Source: Patescibacteria group bacterium
GTDB lineage: Bacteria; Patescibacteriota; WWE3; 0-14-0-20-40-13
Assembly (NCBI GenBank): GCA_018896215.1
Contig: JAHINB010000006.1
Location: 2,941 to 66,940, forward strand
DNA length: 64,000 nucleotides
Reading direction: 5' to 3'
Below are positions 16,188-26,818 of this stretch, piece after piece. The notes under the pieces were generated by a model that did no database searches, was not told the origin of the DNA, and saw only the letters and a program-made list of their open reading frames with translations. Numbering within the stretch: position 1 is the stretch's first letter; every line of letters starts with the position of its first letter. The translations under genes and the position numbers were made by a program.

Positions 16188-17726
16188 AAATATTAATTGC
16201 TTTAATTCGGTCAGTTTCTTAACTTTTAACAAATAACAAGATAATAAATAAACTAAAAGTCCATATGCGGAGAAAAACCCAAGTGACACAACACCCCCGA
16301 TAAACGATAAAGACAGGTACAAATAGCTGGAGTGGACAAAGAATTTGTAAAAGGAAAATATAGCAAAACCGGCTATTGCCCCAGAAGACAAAACCTTGCC
16401 CCATTCAACGATATATTCTTTAGTTATGGCAAGCCGTATTTTCTTTTTAAGCTTTACAAACATAAAAGCAAACAGCAGAAAAGAGGTAAAAGATGTAGAA
16501 ACAGCAACTCCTGGATAACCCAATGCTTTTATAAACAAAATGTTGGTTACGACATTAATTACAGCTCTAATGTTTCCCACCCAAAATGGCGTCCAAGTAT
16601 CTTCTATTACTAAAAATGCACGAGTTAGGATCCGCCCCAGCATAAGAGGCAAAAGACCAAAAAGATAAAGACCTGTAAGCAGTGCGGTTTTGTAGGTTAA
16701 ATCTGGGGTAAAGTTCTTGCGCTCATACAGCAATTTAACTAAAGGCTCTCTTAAAACGAACATGGCAACCAAAATTGGAATAAATATCATTCCCACAGCA
16801 ATTAGCGAATTTAATAAACTTTCTTTGAGTGAATCGTCTCCTTCCAAATTCTCCTTTAATGACCAATGGGTAAGAATTACAGTTAAAAAACCTCCGGTAA
16901 GCAAAATCGCCGGAATTGCAGAAATTTTGTTAGCGTAATTGATAATTGTTACACCCCCAACTAAAACTGGCGCAATAAAAGAGGCGTCAACAAAATCATT
17001 TATTCGAGTAGTAGCATTGCTCAAAAACGACGGAAGCGAGATTGTTACCATGCGTTTTACTGCAGGATGGAAAACTAGCTTAAATCCAAAATAAATTCCC
17101 TTGTACTTTAAAATGGTAAATAAAATTACTAGATGAGCAAGTTCCGCAAAGGAATTTCCAATGGAAAGACTCTCTACCCCTAAGTTTGATTTGGTAAACC
17201 AAACAAACGCAATAAACACAACACTTCGAAAAATTGGCGTTAAAATTGGAATAATATACTTTTGATAGGTGTTATAAACGGTAGAAAGACACTCCACAAG
17301 ACCACTTGCGATAATAAGAAACGACAATTCAAAAAGCATTCTAAACAAAAGTTCCCGATCCAAAATTCCAGGAATTGTTACATGGGCAGTTACAAGATAA
17401 GAGGTAATGTTAAAAAGAGACCAAATAACAAGCAGAAATATGCAAAAGTATAAATAAAACGAGCCCAAAATTTCCTTCTCGTCTTGTTTTTCCTTATGCA
17501 CAAAACGCAAAAAAACCGAGGTAAAAACTGACTTTAAAACCCCGGTGATGGCTGCATTTACCACCATTACCGCAGCTAAAGCATAAAAAAATGCGTCGGT
17601 GCTCTCGGTGGCACCATATTGTGCCGCAATAATTGCTGAAATTAAAAAAGTAAAAAACTGGGCAAAAAGATTAGCTCCCGTAGCAGAAACGCTGTCCGAA
17701 AGTAAGGATTTTCGAGCTTTTAGCAT
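16176..17726 (-). CDS. MOP-superfamily flippase (MurJ/Wzx-like polysaccharide biosynthesis protein).
   Basis: 516 aa with about 14 TMs. N-terminus LKARKSLLSDSVSATGANLFAQFFTFLISAIIAAQYG resembles the MurJ/Wzx N-terminal helix. Confidence 0.6.
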   Translation of the reverse strand: MLKARKSLLSDSVSATGANLFAQFFTFLISAIIAAQYGATESTDAFFYALAAVMVVNAAITGVLKSVFTSVFLRFVHKEKQDEKEILGSFYLYFCIFLLVIWSLFNITSYLVTAHVTIPGILDRELLFRMLFELSFLIIASGLVECLSTVYNTYQKYIIPILTPIFRSVVFIAFVWFTKSNLGVESLSIGNSFAELAHLVILFTILKYKGIYFGFKLVFHPAVKRMVTISLPSFLSNATTRINDFVDASFIAPVLVGGVTIINYANKISAIPAILLTGGFLTVILTHWSLKENLEGDDSLKESLLNSLIAVGMIFIPILVAMFVLREPLVKLLYERKNFTPDLTYKTALLTGLYLFGLLPLMLGRILTRAFLVIEDTWTPFWVGNIRAVINVVTNILFIKALGYPGVAVSTSFTSFLLFAFMFVKLKKKIRLAITKEYIVEWGKVLSSGAIAGFAIFSFYKFFVHSSYLYLSLSFIGGVVSLGFFSAYGLLVYLLSCYLLKVKKLTELKQLIFKKG

Positions 17727-17735
17727 ATTTACATC

Positions 17736-19301
17736 TTACCTTTCCATCAAATATATGCAAATATCCGGTCCCGTAAAGTTGATTAGACCATCTTCGTTAG
17801 TTCTGATACATTTAATTTGCTTAGTAAACGACTCGATACTCTTGTAATAATCAATCCATTTTTGTGAAGCAGTCGGAAATAGCGCTCTAAAATCAGAAGA
17901 ATTGTAATAATCAATAAATTTGCTACTAGTTACCACATACAGGGGTTTTGGGATAATATCTAAATTGGGGGTGGATTCGTTCTCATAAGCCTCATTCACA
18001 TTATATTTTGCATGGGGTACCTCAAATACTTGGTATTTTTCATCGTCAAAAGGACTTCGAGCAACAAGTATAGGGTCGGATAAGATTGTGGAACTTTGGG
18101 GTATATTTTCTTCGACCCAAGTAACAATTGTTGGTCTCGTGTCTCCTTTAGCAAAAGATAGGGACACAGTTACCGATTTATAGATTGGAAAAAGCAGAAA
18201 TAGAAAACCAATTACTAGAGCTGTTTTTTTAGATTTTAGGCTGGAGAAAAAGTACCCAACCAGTATAGCAATCATTGGTATTTCAAACATTAACCATCGC
18301 ATTTCTTTAGAAATAGAAGCTGATACAAAACAAAAATAACAAATAACAAAGCCTGATAAATATTTTGCAAAGGCATTTTTGTGGAACCATGGATAAAATA
18401 CTGCAATAAAGACCACTAACAGTGCTAAAGGACCCAAATCAAAAAATAAGCTGTTTCCAAGGAAACGACCCATGGAGGAGCTGTCATTATTGACAAGAAG
18501 ATAAAAGAACCTAGGGCTAACCGAACCTAATATCCCCCCGCCATTTCGAGCAAATTGATTTTTTATGTCTAGAGCAAATTCAGGAAAATTTAAAATTACA
18601 TGGGGGTTGGTGATTATAAAAACAACGATTGCGCAGACAGTATATTTTAGTAACTTTGTTAGACGTGATTTTAGACTACCTTTGAGAAATATTAAAATCC
18701 CCAGACCCAGAAATACTGCAAGTATTGCAGGATAATATTTTGTCCCAATCCCAAGACCTACCATAATTGAAGATGCGAGAAGTTTCCTTCTCGAAAGAAA
18801 GTAGATAGAGGCTACTCCAAAAAATGTCGCAATAATATCTGGAGAAAAATAGTGCGAATTGATAACATGGGTTGGAAAAAAAGCTAGAACAAGAGCGGAA
18901 AGTAAACCAACCTTCTCTCCAAATGAATCTCTACCTAATCTGTAAACAAAATATACTGTAGCCGTAGCAAACAACACGGTGATAAATCTTGCCAAAAGAA
19001 AAATTGGAGACAACGATACAAGATTAAAAACACTAAAATTACGACCCACGAAAGATACTAACTTAATTGTACTGGTCAGAATAAAAAAATTAACCCCTCC
19101 GTAATAAAAGATGTGAGGATTAAAAAAAGCATTGTCTCCCCTCCCCTGCAAAGATTCCACGAAATTAACTGACATAGAGTTCGCGGGGTAGATAATTTTT
19201 CCCTCGTCGGGATGAAGTTCTAAAGGCAAACCAAAATTAATTCCCACAACGCGAACCAAAAAAGCCAAAACTATAATAGGTACAAGAAGATTTATTTTCA
19301 T
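17736..19301 (-). CDS. Polytopic membrane protein, GT-C-like (ArnT/PMT_2 superfamily).
   Basis: LHPDEGKIIYPANSM motif after TM1; paralogous to 10013-11644. A conserved GIGTKY follows the TM bundle (PMT_2-like K). Confidence 0.45.
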   Translation of the reverse strand: MKINLLVPIIVLAFLVRVVGINFGLPLELHPDEGKIIYPANSMSVNFVESLQGRGDNAFFNPHIFYYGGVNFFILTSTIKLVSFVGRNFSVFNLVSLSPIFLLARFITVLFATATVYFVYRLGRDSFGEKVGLLSALVLAFFPTHVINSHYFSPDIIATFFGVASIYFLSRRKLLASSIMVGLGIGTKYYPAILAVFLGLGILIFLKGSLKSRLTKLLKYTVCAIVVFIITNPHVILNFPEFALDIKNQFARNGGGILGSVSPRFFYLLVNNDSSSMGRFLGNSLFFDLGPLALLVVFIAVFYPWFHKNAFAKYLSGFVICYFCFVSASISKEMRWLMFEIPMIAILVGYFFSSLKSKKTALVIGFLFLLFPIYKSVTVSLSFAKGDTRPTIVTWVEENIPQSSTILSDPILVARSPFDDEKYQVFEVPHAKYNVNEAYENESTPNLDIIPKPLYVVTSSKFIDYYNSSDFRALFPTASQKWIDYYKSIESFTKQIKCIRTNEDGLINFTGPDICIYLMER

Positions 19302-20698
19302 GGGTAAAATCCAAATTTAATTAGCGCCAACCTTGCAAAATACACTAGCATGGAATCCTTTAGAGACCAGAGCCAAGATGTAGAAAAGGGACCAGCATCG
19401 TATGTTGCATGCCAGTACCTAAAATCAAAAAGCAAACTTATTACTTGAACTAAAATGGATACAATGAGTAGAAAATAGAAACGCCTTAAAACATTTGTTT
19501 TCTTGAAATTAAAGCTTAGATAGATACCAAGAAATATAGTCAAAAACGGTAATGCTTCTGACACCATTCTATAACCAAATGACCATCCACCATACCAATG
19601 AATCCACTTTCCCATAACGAGAAAAAACACCAACAAGGCTATTGATAAGGCTTTATATTCTAATCCAGTTTTATAACAAGATTTATGTGAGATTTCTTCC
19701 GATAAATTTCCCCGACCCTGTGTCGGGGGCGTTACATAATCCAACGCACTTGTGCGTGGGATTCTATTTTTCCTCCACACATAGTAAATTCCCGTTAAGG
19801 CAAAGATGAAAACCGGGGACAAGATCAGCAAACCCTTACTTGGAGAAATCAGAAGACCTAAAAATCCCTCGGGAAACCTACCTTGCCAATTGGTAAACTG
19901 CTGGACACTATATGGGTGGTTTAAAACCCCACCTAAGTAAGTCACATCGTACCAAAATTGAAAAAGCAATGGAGGCAAACTCCATAACAAAAACACAAAA
20001 GCCTTTTTGCGATCTTTAATTAAAACATAAACAAATGCCCAAACAGCAAAGATAATATTAGTCGGTCGGCTAAAAACAGCCAAAGAAAATAAAATTGATG
20101 AATAAGATTTATTAAATAAAAGCAAATAGAAACCGGCCGATAAAAGAAATTGATTTATTCCATGTTGCCATAAACTTTGAGAAGTTGTACCCCAACAAAT
20201 GCTTCCAAAGGCGTAGGCTACTACCGAAAGAATACTGACTTTGCGGTTTCTCGTAATCTTAACTAAAGATAAATAAACAAATACTACCGATAAAGCAACA
20301 AAAAACGCCGAGGCGCACCTTGCGGTAATTGGAATTAAGTCGGAGCTATAATGAATTCCCAAAATTGATACTGGAAGGTAAAAGGGTACCGCTAATATTG
20401 GAACAATTACTGGAAAAGCCGAGATATACTCGCCGTTTTGAGAATTGAACAAATAATATGGCTTCCCAAGCTTATTTTCGGGATTGGGCCATTGTTTTTT
20501 AAAATAGTTATAATATTCGGTAAGCACGAATCCTCGACCGTCAAGTAATGACAGAGGAAGATATGTAGCGGGGATTGCATCTTCGCTTTGAATTAATAAA
20601 TCGTTTTTGGAAGTAATATTTAACCCCAACCAAAAAACGAAATAGGCAAAAAAGCTTAGTATAAATAGTATTAGCGGGATTCTTAGTGAAGTACTCAT
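19298..20698 (-). CDS. Polytopic membrane protein of unknown family (possible GT-C).
   Basis: 466 aa with more than 10 TMs; sits in the glycosylation array directly upstream of a DPM1-like GT2. Confidence 0.35.
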   Translation of the reverse strand: MSTSLRIPLILFILSFFAYFVFWLGLNITSKNDLLIQSEDAIPATYLPLSLLDGRGFVLTEYYNYFKKQWPNPENKLGKPYYLFNSQNGEYISAFPVIVPILAVPFYLPVSILGIHYSSDLIPITARCASAFFVALSVVFVYLSLVKITRNRKVSILSVVAYAFGSICWGTTSQSLWQHGINQFLLSAGFYLLLFNKSYSSILFSLAVFSRPTNIIFAVWAFVYVLIKDRKKAFVFLLWSLPPLLFQFWYDVTYLGGVLNHPYSVQQFTNWQGRFPEGFLGLLISPSKGLLILSPVFIFALTGIYYVWRKNRIPRTSALDYVTPPTQGRGNLSEEISHKSCYKTGLEYKALSIALLVFFLVMGKWIHWYGGWSFGYRMVSEALPFLTIFLGIYLSFNFKKTNVLRRFYFLLIVSILVQVISLLFDFRYWHATYDAGPFSTSWLWSLKDSMLVYFARLALIKFGFYP

Positions 20699-21385
20699 TT
20701 AATTTGTAAATCTAAATTTAATCAATGTCCAAAGTGCCGAAAATCCGTCTTGCCAGGTGATGTGTTTACCCTCACTGTGTGTTCTACCAAAATATGAAAT
20801 GGGAACTTCTTTAATTTTGTAGCCCATTTTTAGAATTTTGGCGGTAATTTCGGGTTCAAAATTAAACCTCTTGGATTTTATATCGACCTCTTTTATAACC
20901 TCAATCGGAATCAACTTATAACAAGTCTCCATATCGGTCAAAGATTGCCCATATAGAATATTTGTAACAAGGGTTAAAACTTTGTTTCCAATATAATGCA
21001 AATTTGACATATCTTTATACTGACCCATAAATCTAGAACCATAGACAACCTTAAATTTACCGTTCTTTAACTCGTTAAGAAGAATTTTGTAGTCTTGAGG
21101 GTTATATTCCAAATCAGCGTCTTGAACAATAACATAGTCACCGGAAGCATGTTCGAAACCAGTTTTTAAAGCACCACCCTTCCCTTTATTTTTACCGTGA
21201 CTTAATACTATAAAACCTTTTTTACTGGCGTACTGTTTTAATATATCAGCGCTTTTATCCTTGGAACAATCGTTGATAAGTATTACTTCTTTATCAACAA
21301 AGTTAACTGCTTGTATTTTTGAAATTAACCTCTTTAATGTTTTTTCCTCGTTATAAACCGGAACCACAATCGAAAGTTTCATCAT
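20699..21385 (-). CDS. Family-2 glycosyltransferase, DPM1-like soluble polyprenol-phosphate mannose/glucose synthase type.
   Basis: MMKLSIVVPVYNEEKTLKRL, VILINDCSKDKS, VIVQDADLEYNPQDY. 228 aa with no TM. Confidence 0.75.
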   Translation of the reverse strand: MMKLSIVVPVYNEEKTLKRLISKIQAVNFVDKEVILINDCSKDKSADILKQYASKKGFIVLSHGKNKGKGGALKTGFEHASGDYVIVQDADLEYNPQDYKILLNELKNGKFKVVYGSRFMGQYKDMSNLHYIGNKVLTLVTNILYGQSLTDMETCYKLIPIEVIKEVDIKSKRFNFEPEITAKILKMGYKIKEVPISYFGRTHSEGKHITWQDGFSALWTLIKFRFTN

Positions 21386-22906
21386 TTAATATTTTAACCG
21401 AAAAATCTTTGAGTACCTAATATAACCACCATCATTTATTGTAAATTTCTTTACAAGCTCAACATCGTTTTCTCTATCCTCCCTTTCCAAAAAAATCAGG
21501 CGCCTGTACTCATCGAATTCGTTCGTAACTAGAGCGTACTTAACACTTTGTGATCTTAAAAAATCAACGCTTTCTTCCCCATCAGTGTCGTCAAAATATA
21601 ATGTGTCATGACCAGCTAAATACCATGAGGTAATACCGGTTTCGTCGCTGTAGGCTATTTTCCCATCTAAATCTTTAGAGAAGAGCACGGCTTGATATAC
21701 AGTCCGATAAACATCTTTAAAACGAATTGTATAGGCAACCGCGGAAACAAGTATTGAAAGCGCTAAAAAACCCAGGAAAAGTTTGGCTTTATCCGCAATA
21801 AAAAATAGCATTGTAGCAACTGACAATACTAAAAATACCAGCAAAAACCATTTGCCCAAAACCAAAAAATGATAACGGTATTCCATTCTAAACAAAATAA
21901 ACACTATAGTATTTATAAATAGTGTTATAAGGTAGAATTTAGATTTAAACCAAGGTTTAGACAATGTCTCCAATACTGGAGGAACTGTAAAGATAGCAAA
22001 AACTGGAATTAGGTAAACAAACAAACGGGGCATTGCCGCAATCCAAAAAAAGAATAGGGCAATACTCATAATCAAATAGAAAAATATGGGACGATGCTCA
22101 ACAAGAAGTTTTTTAATTGATGTGATTAGCAACAAAGGAGAAATGAGCAAATTTCCAAAACAAAACAAAAAAGCCGAGACGACGATGAGTACTGATTTAA
22201 AGTTGTAGCTAAAACCAGCAGGCTCCAAAAAATAAGCCGATTTTATTGGATTAGCAAAAATTAATATATTGCGAACAATTACGGGACTTGCAACCAGGGT
22301 AAACCCCAGCACCAAAAGCCCGAAGTTCCTAAATTTTTTGGCAATTAGAGCGTCCAAACCAAAAGCAAATATCAGCAAAGCTCCTTCATACCTAGTTAAA
22401 AAGCATAGCCCCGCAACTAATCCTAGAACTAAATACTTTTTCTTAAGAAGATAAAGATATAAGAATAACAGCAGAAAAAAAGCGAACTGCCCTTCGGCAA
22501 GAACCCGTGATGTTCCATAAAAGAAAATTGGGGAAAGTGCAGTGAGTAGTAGAGTAAAAAAGGCAATTCTAAAATTATTAAAAAGCCTTAAAGATATTTT
22601 AAATGTTAAAAGTAACGATCCCAAACAAAAAACTGTGGCTACAAATCTTCCCCACCAGATTGGATCAAAAAACTTAATTTCGTTAGAAACAAACTTGTTT
22701 ACTCCTAAGGATAAAAACCAAGGAAAAAGAGGAAGGCGTTTTTCATTTAGCGGGTAGCTAAAAGAGGACAGAGAAAGCCCCGCTTTTAAAAAACGGTAAG
22801 AATCACCAACCTCCGTGGGATTTAAAAAATACAGAGCAACTTTAATAACGAAATAAAAAAACAAAAAACTCCCCACCAAAATTAGTTGCTTTTTAGATAA
22901 TTTCAT
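21386..22906 (-). CDS. Polytopic membrane protein, GT-C-like (PMT_2-like).
   Basis: VGDSYRF...FGTSRVLAEGQFAFFLLLFLYLYL...GLCFLTRYEGALL pattern, plus a C-terminal soluble domain. Confidence 0.45.
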   Translation of the reverse strand: MKLSKKQLILVGSFLFFYFVIKVALYFLNPTEVGDSYRFLKAGLSLSSFSYPLNEKRLPLFPWFLSLGVNKFVSNEIKFFDPIWWGRFVATVFCLGSLLLTFKISLRLFNNFRIAFFTLLLTALSPIFFYGTSRVLAEGQFAFFLLLFLYLYLLKKKYLVLGLVAGLCFLTRYEGALLIFAFGLDALIAKKFRNFGLLVLGFTLVASPVIVRNILIFANPIKSAYFLEPAGFSYNFKSVLIVVSAFLFCFGNLLISPLLLITSIKKLLVEHRPIFFYLIMSIALFFFWIAAMPRLFVYLIPVFAIFTVPPVLETLSKPWFKSKFYLITLFINTIVFILFRMEYRYHFLVLGKWFLLVFLVLSVATMLFFIADKAKLFLGFLALSILVSAVAYTIRFKDVYRTVYQAVLFSKDLDGKIAYSDETGITSWYLAGHDTLYFDDTDGEESVDFLRSQSVKYALVTNEFDEYRRLIFLEREDRENDVELVKKFTINDGGYIRYSKIFRLKY

Positions 22907-24587
22907 AAACTAGTACTCTGGGCAATTTGTTTTCGTCATTGCCGGAGTAAGAAAATACTAAACTCCAATTTTTGGGGGTTGTAACAATTTTTACCCTTCC
23001 AGAGTTAAAGTTAAAATACCCATCATAAATCTCTGGAAATGAATACACCGTTGATGAACCCAAAATAATATATCTAATTTTGTTTTCCTTTATAAAATTT
23101 ACAAACTCCGCAAAGGAATTTAGGTAGGGGTGAATTATTTTTACCCCCGAAATACTGGTATACCACTCATATGACAACCGTTCTTCGTTGCCTTTAATGT
23201 AAATTGTATCTTTAGTAAAATTAATTTGCGCAAAATTTATCAACGCCGATTGCTCCGACGGCATTTCTATTAACCCAGCCTCTACTTTGGGCAATGGAAC
23301 AACTTTCCCCGTTTGATATGCCAGTATTAGTGGGGTAAACGAGATTAAAAGCATAAGTAACTTAAGTACCTTAGATGACTTAAGTATAGAAACTAGAAAG
23401 AAAGTCGGGTAGCAAATAAACAAAAACCCAACCGGAATAAGATGGCGGTAATGAGGACTAACCCGATAATTGTAGGAAAAAAAGACAAAAAACGCACCAA
23501 AAAGAACCATCGAAAACAATGCTCGCTTTTTTTGCGGGTCAAATAACATCCCGAGCAACATTAATCCTAAAAGGATAATAGGATAACGCAGTTGTTGTAC
23601 CTCAAACAAGGCAATTAAAGAAACATTAGATAAAATCCTTACAGAATTTTGGGCTAGCTGAGAAACTTCATTACCAAGCTGATGTGTTTTAAAATAATTC
23701 AAAGCTGTGGGGGGATTTTCCCTAAAACCAACTGCCCTTCTCTCCTGCCTATTATCAATCCATAATAGCGAGGTGTTATTGTTATAGAAAGGATTCCTAT
23801 AGACAATGATATTACGCAAAAAAAGTGGGGAGGAAACTAAGAAAAATGTAACTAACGATAACCAAAAGTTTCTATTTGATAAAACTTTAAATTTAAAGAT
23901 TAACCCTACCGAAAAAATATAAGATAATAAAACTAAAATCCCGGCGGGCTTGGCAAAAAAAGCCAGCGACGCTACCCCCATACCCCAAATTAATTTTTTT
24001 GACGCATTTTCTTCTAGTCCTCTCCAGAGAAAAAACCACGATACGGCACAAAGACCAACAAAAAGACTATCTGGAACAACCACCGCAAATTCTTCGATTA
24101 AGAATTTATTGCAGGAAAAAACAACCGCTACAGCCATAGCTGGAACGATTCCAAACGACTTTAGAACCACGCCAAAAATAGTAATTAGTAGAGTAAAAGA
24201 CAAAATATAGTTTATAAACTTGGCATCCCTAAAAAAACTTGGATTTGCCTTGGCAAAGGGAGAGAGTAAAACAGCATATAAAGGGTTTTTCCGATTCTCG
24301 CTAAAGTTGTTAGTAACAAGATTATAGGGAAATTTTAATACCCCACCAGTATCTTTGATTTGGATAGCATAGGATAAATAATCGGATTGATCGTCAAAGG
24401 GGTACGAATTGCGAGAAAGGTAGTATCCTTGGTAATAAAACCAGCCTAATACTATTGGTATAAGAAAAAGATATTTTAAATGGGATAAATTAATTTTCGA
24501 CAAGATGCTCATAGATTTTTTGAATTTCTTGCGCCTTTGCCTTCCAGCTATAATATTTTTCGATATAGTTACTATCAACTTTGACAT
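22893..24587 (-). CDS. Polytopic membrane protein, ArnT/PMT_2-like GT-C glycosyltransferase.
   Basis: FDDQSDYLSYAIQIKDTGG...NPLYAVLLSPFAK...FAKPAGILVL. The start is possibly internal (MSILSK at 24512) because the track ORF overlaps the next gene by 98 bp. Confidence 0.5.
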   Translation of the reverse strand: MSKLIVTISKNIIAGRQRRKKFKKSMSILSKINLSHLKYLFLIPIVLGWFYYQGYYLSRNSYPFDDQSDYLSYAIQIKDTGGVLKFPYNLVTNNFSENRKNPLYAVLLSPFAKANPSFFRDAKFINYILSFTLLITIFGVVLKSFGIVPAMAVAVVFSCNKFLIEEFAVVVPDSLFVGLCAVSWFFLWRGLEENASKKLIWGMGVASLAFFAKPAGILVLLSYIFSVGLIFKFKVLSNRNFWLSLVTFFLVSSPLFLRNIIVYRNPFYNNNTSLLWIDNRQERRAVGFRENPPTALNYFKTHQLGNEVSQLAQNSVRILSNVSLIALFEVQQLRYPIILLGLMLLGMLFDPQKKRALFSMVLFGAFFVFFSYNYRVSPHYRHLIPVGFLFICYPTFFLVSILKSSKVLKLLMLLISFTPLILAYQTGKVVPLPKVEAGLIEMPSEQSALINFAQINFTKDTIYIKGNEERLSYEWYTSISGVKIIHPYLNSFAEFVNFIKENKIRYIILGSSTVYSFPEIYDGYFNFNSGRVKIVTTPKNWSLVFSYSGNDENKLPRVLVYEII

Positions 24588-25632
24588 TAGATTGCACTAT
24601 TTTTAAAATATTGCTTGCAATTTTTCGTGGCGTGGGGTTATCTATAAAAAACAGGCCGCTGATTGGAGATTTAATACTAAACCCCGACGCCAGTACCGGA
24701 ATTCCCGATGCCAACGCCTCTAAAACTACTTTGGGAAGACCCTCATAGAGCGACGGGATGACGAAAATGGCAGATTCCGCGTAGTATTTTGGCAAATGAG
24801 CATTTTCTATGTATCCTTCAAAAATAACTCTCTCTAAAACCCCTGTGTCTTTTGCGATTTCTTTTATCTTGTTAACGAAACTTTCGAAGCCTCTTCCAAT
24901 AATCTTCAGATTGTACAAATCGGGAAGATACTGCAAAGAAGCAACCAAGGATTCTACATTTTTTCTGGAATTTAAAGCTCCTACATAAAGTATTTGCTTT
25001 TTATCGCCTTTCTGAATCTTGTTATCAAACACCTCTGTTGCCACGCCACTTTCTACCAAAAAACATTTTTCCCGAGGAACATGATAATATTTAATCGCTT
25101 CATCGATATTTTGTTTGCTTACAAAAATACACGCTCTTGCCACTTTGACCGCTAGTTTATCGGAGATTAAAGACAAAAGTATTGCAATGTTTTTAACGAA
25201 AAAACCGTCTTTGTTTACAGATTCCCCATTGGTAATTGCAATTCTTCCCGCAGTAGTGTTATGAAAATGAGCCACAAGAGGAGTTTTATCCAACCAACCA
25301 AAAAGGAATTTGTAAAGATAGATATACAAACCAAAATGCCCATGGACATGATAAATGTCAACTTTGTTAAATACTCTCCAAAACAAAAAATATAAGGACA
25401 TTAAAGGCGCTGTGGTAAGCAGCATAACGCCTTCTACAGGCTCGCGAGGAAAAGAGATTATGCTAACACCGGAGATTTTTTCGGGACCGCCGGATTTATT
25501 CCAACGACCGCAAAAAACGGTCAGAGAATTACCCAAAAGCTTTTGATGTTTTGTTAGATAGTATGGTGCTGGTGCCAACCCATCCCAAGGCTTTGGCCAA
25601 TCATAGATAATTCTTGCTATTCTAAAACTCAT
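24490..25632 (-). CDS. Glycosyltransferase family 1 (GT4).
   Basis: ILYVGALNSRKNVESLV...VIPSLYEGLPKVVLEALASGIPVLASG. Confidence 0.7.
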   Translation of the reverse strand: MSFRIARIIYDWPKPWDGLAPAPYYLTKHQKLLGNSLTVFCGRWNKSGGPEKISGVSIISFPREPVEGVMLLTTAPLMSLYFLFWRVFNKVDIYHVHGHFGLYIYLYKFLFGWLDKTPLVAHFHNTTAGRIAITNGESVNKDGFFVKNIAILLSLISDKLAVKVARACIFVSKQNIDEAIKYYHVPREKCFLVESGVATEVFDNKIQKGDKKQILYVGALNSRKNVESLVASLQYLPDLYNLKIIGRGFESFVNKIKEIAKDTGVLERVIFEGYIENAHLPKYYAESAIFVIPSLYEGLPKVVLEALASGIPVLASGFSIKSPISGLFFIDNPTPRKIASNILKIVQSNVKVDSNYIEKYYSWKAKAQEIQKIYEHLVEN

Positions 25633-25636
25633 TGCA

Positions 25637-26818
25637 CTATTTTACCACCAATGTAAGATATTTTTTTACCATGGTTTGTTGACTATATTTTTCTTTGGAG
25701 GCAATAAGAGCGTTTTCTGACAGAGTTTCTTGCAATTTTGGATTCTCTGCAAGTTGTCTAATAGCATTAGAAAGCCCTTCTTGAGATGCTGGAGTAACCA
25801 AAATACCATTCTCACCACTAACAATTGCCGAAGGAATTCCACCAACACGGGACGCGATGATTGGAAGACCAGAAGCCATTGCTTCGGCTAAAACCATGGG
25901 AAATCCCTCTTGTCTAAGGGTCGGGAGAACAAAAACATCTGCTTGCTGATAATATTTAACAGTTTCTTCGTTTGTGACTTCTCCCACAAAATCCACGGGG
26001 AGCGCCAGTGTTTTAGCGAGAGATTTAAAATACTCCAAGTCGCTTCCCCCACCAACGATGGTGAGTCTAAGTGACCCAAGCTCCTTAAGTGACTCAAGAC
26101 TCTCAAAAAGCACCTCTAACCCTTTCTCTTTTACTACTCTTCCCACTGTTAACAACCTCATTTCCTTTTTGTCATTTGATCTTAATTTGACATTTGTCAT
26201 TCGACATTTGAACTTTTCGATATCTACTCCATTATCAATCACTACCAGCTTATCTTGGAACTTTGGAAACTCTTTTTCTACCCTACCCTTAACAACTCCG
26301 CTTACACAGACAATTTTATCCCCCAATTTAAAAAGTCGATAGTCCTCCAAATATCCCCCAACTAACATGGGAAGATCTTTTATAATAAGCCGAATCAAAT
26401 TTCTTAGAGAATGAACTTGTTTTAGGCGAGTTTGAAACTCCCCAAAAGAAGTGCCGTGATTAATTGCAATTTTCTTGACATTGACATTACGAGCATTCTT
26501 AAAAACAGCAAGTCCAGCACTACTTTGGCTAATTAGGACATCTATTTTTTCTTTGGATGATAAATCTTTATAAGCCTTAACGCTTTCCTTGAACCACTGC
26601 AAAGAATATTTCCCAGGTTGAGAATTAGTAAATACATAATTAGGAACATGATTAGGGATTATCCCAAATTTGGGATAATCCCTATTTAAACTTGTGGTGA
26701 CAACAAAAACTTTGTGACCAGCTTTTACTAACCCTTCGCATAAAACTTTGTTTTGGGTTTCTAGACCTCCAGATTTGTTGTGATATGTTGTGGAGCGGAT
26801 AAATACACAAAAGGTCAT
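25637..26818 (-). CDS. Glycosyltransferase family 1 (GT4); contains an in-frame heptanucleotide-repeat tract.
   Basis: LLTVGRVVKEKGLEVLFESL...LPTLRQEGFPMVLAEAMASGLPIIASRVGGIP. The inter-domain loop KCRMTNVKLRSNDKK is encoded by (TTTGWCA)n at 26168-26215. Confidence 0.75.
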   Translation of the reverse strand: MTFCVFIRSTTYHNKSGGLETQNKVLCEGLVKAGHKVFVVTTSLNRDYPKFGIIPNHVPNYVFTNSQPGKYSLQWFKESVKAYKDLSSKEKIDVLISQSSAGLAVFKNARNVNVKKIAINHGTSFGEFQTRLKQVHSLRNLIRLIIKDLPMLVGGYLEDYRLFKLGDKIVCVSGVVKGRVEKEFPKFQDKLVVIDNGVDIEKFKCRMTNVKLRSNDKKEMRLLTVGRVVKEKGLEVLFESLESLKELGSLRLTIVGGGSDLEYFKSLAKTLALPVDFVGEVTNEETVKYYQQADVFVLPTLRQEGFPMVLAEAMASGLPIIASRVGGIPSAIVSGENGILVTPASQEGLSNAIRQLAENPKLQETLSENALIASKEKYSQQTMVKKYLTLVVK

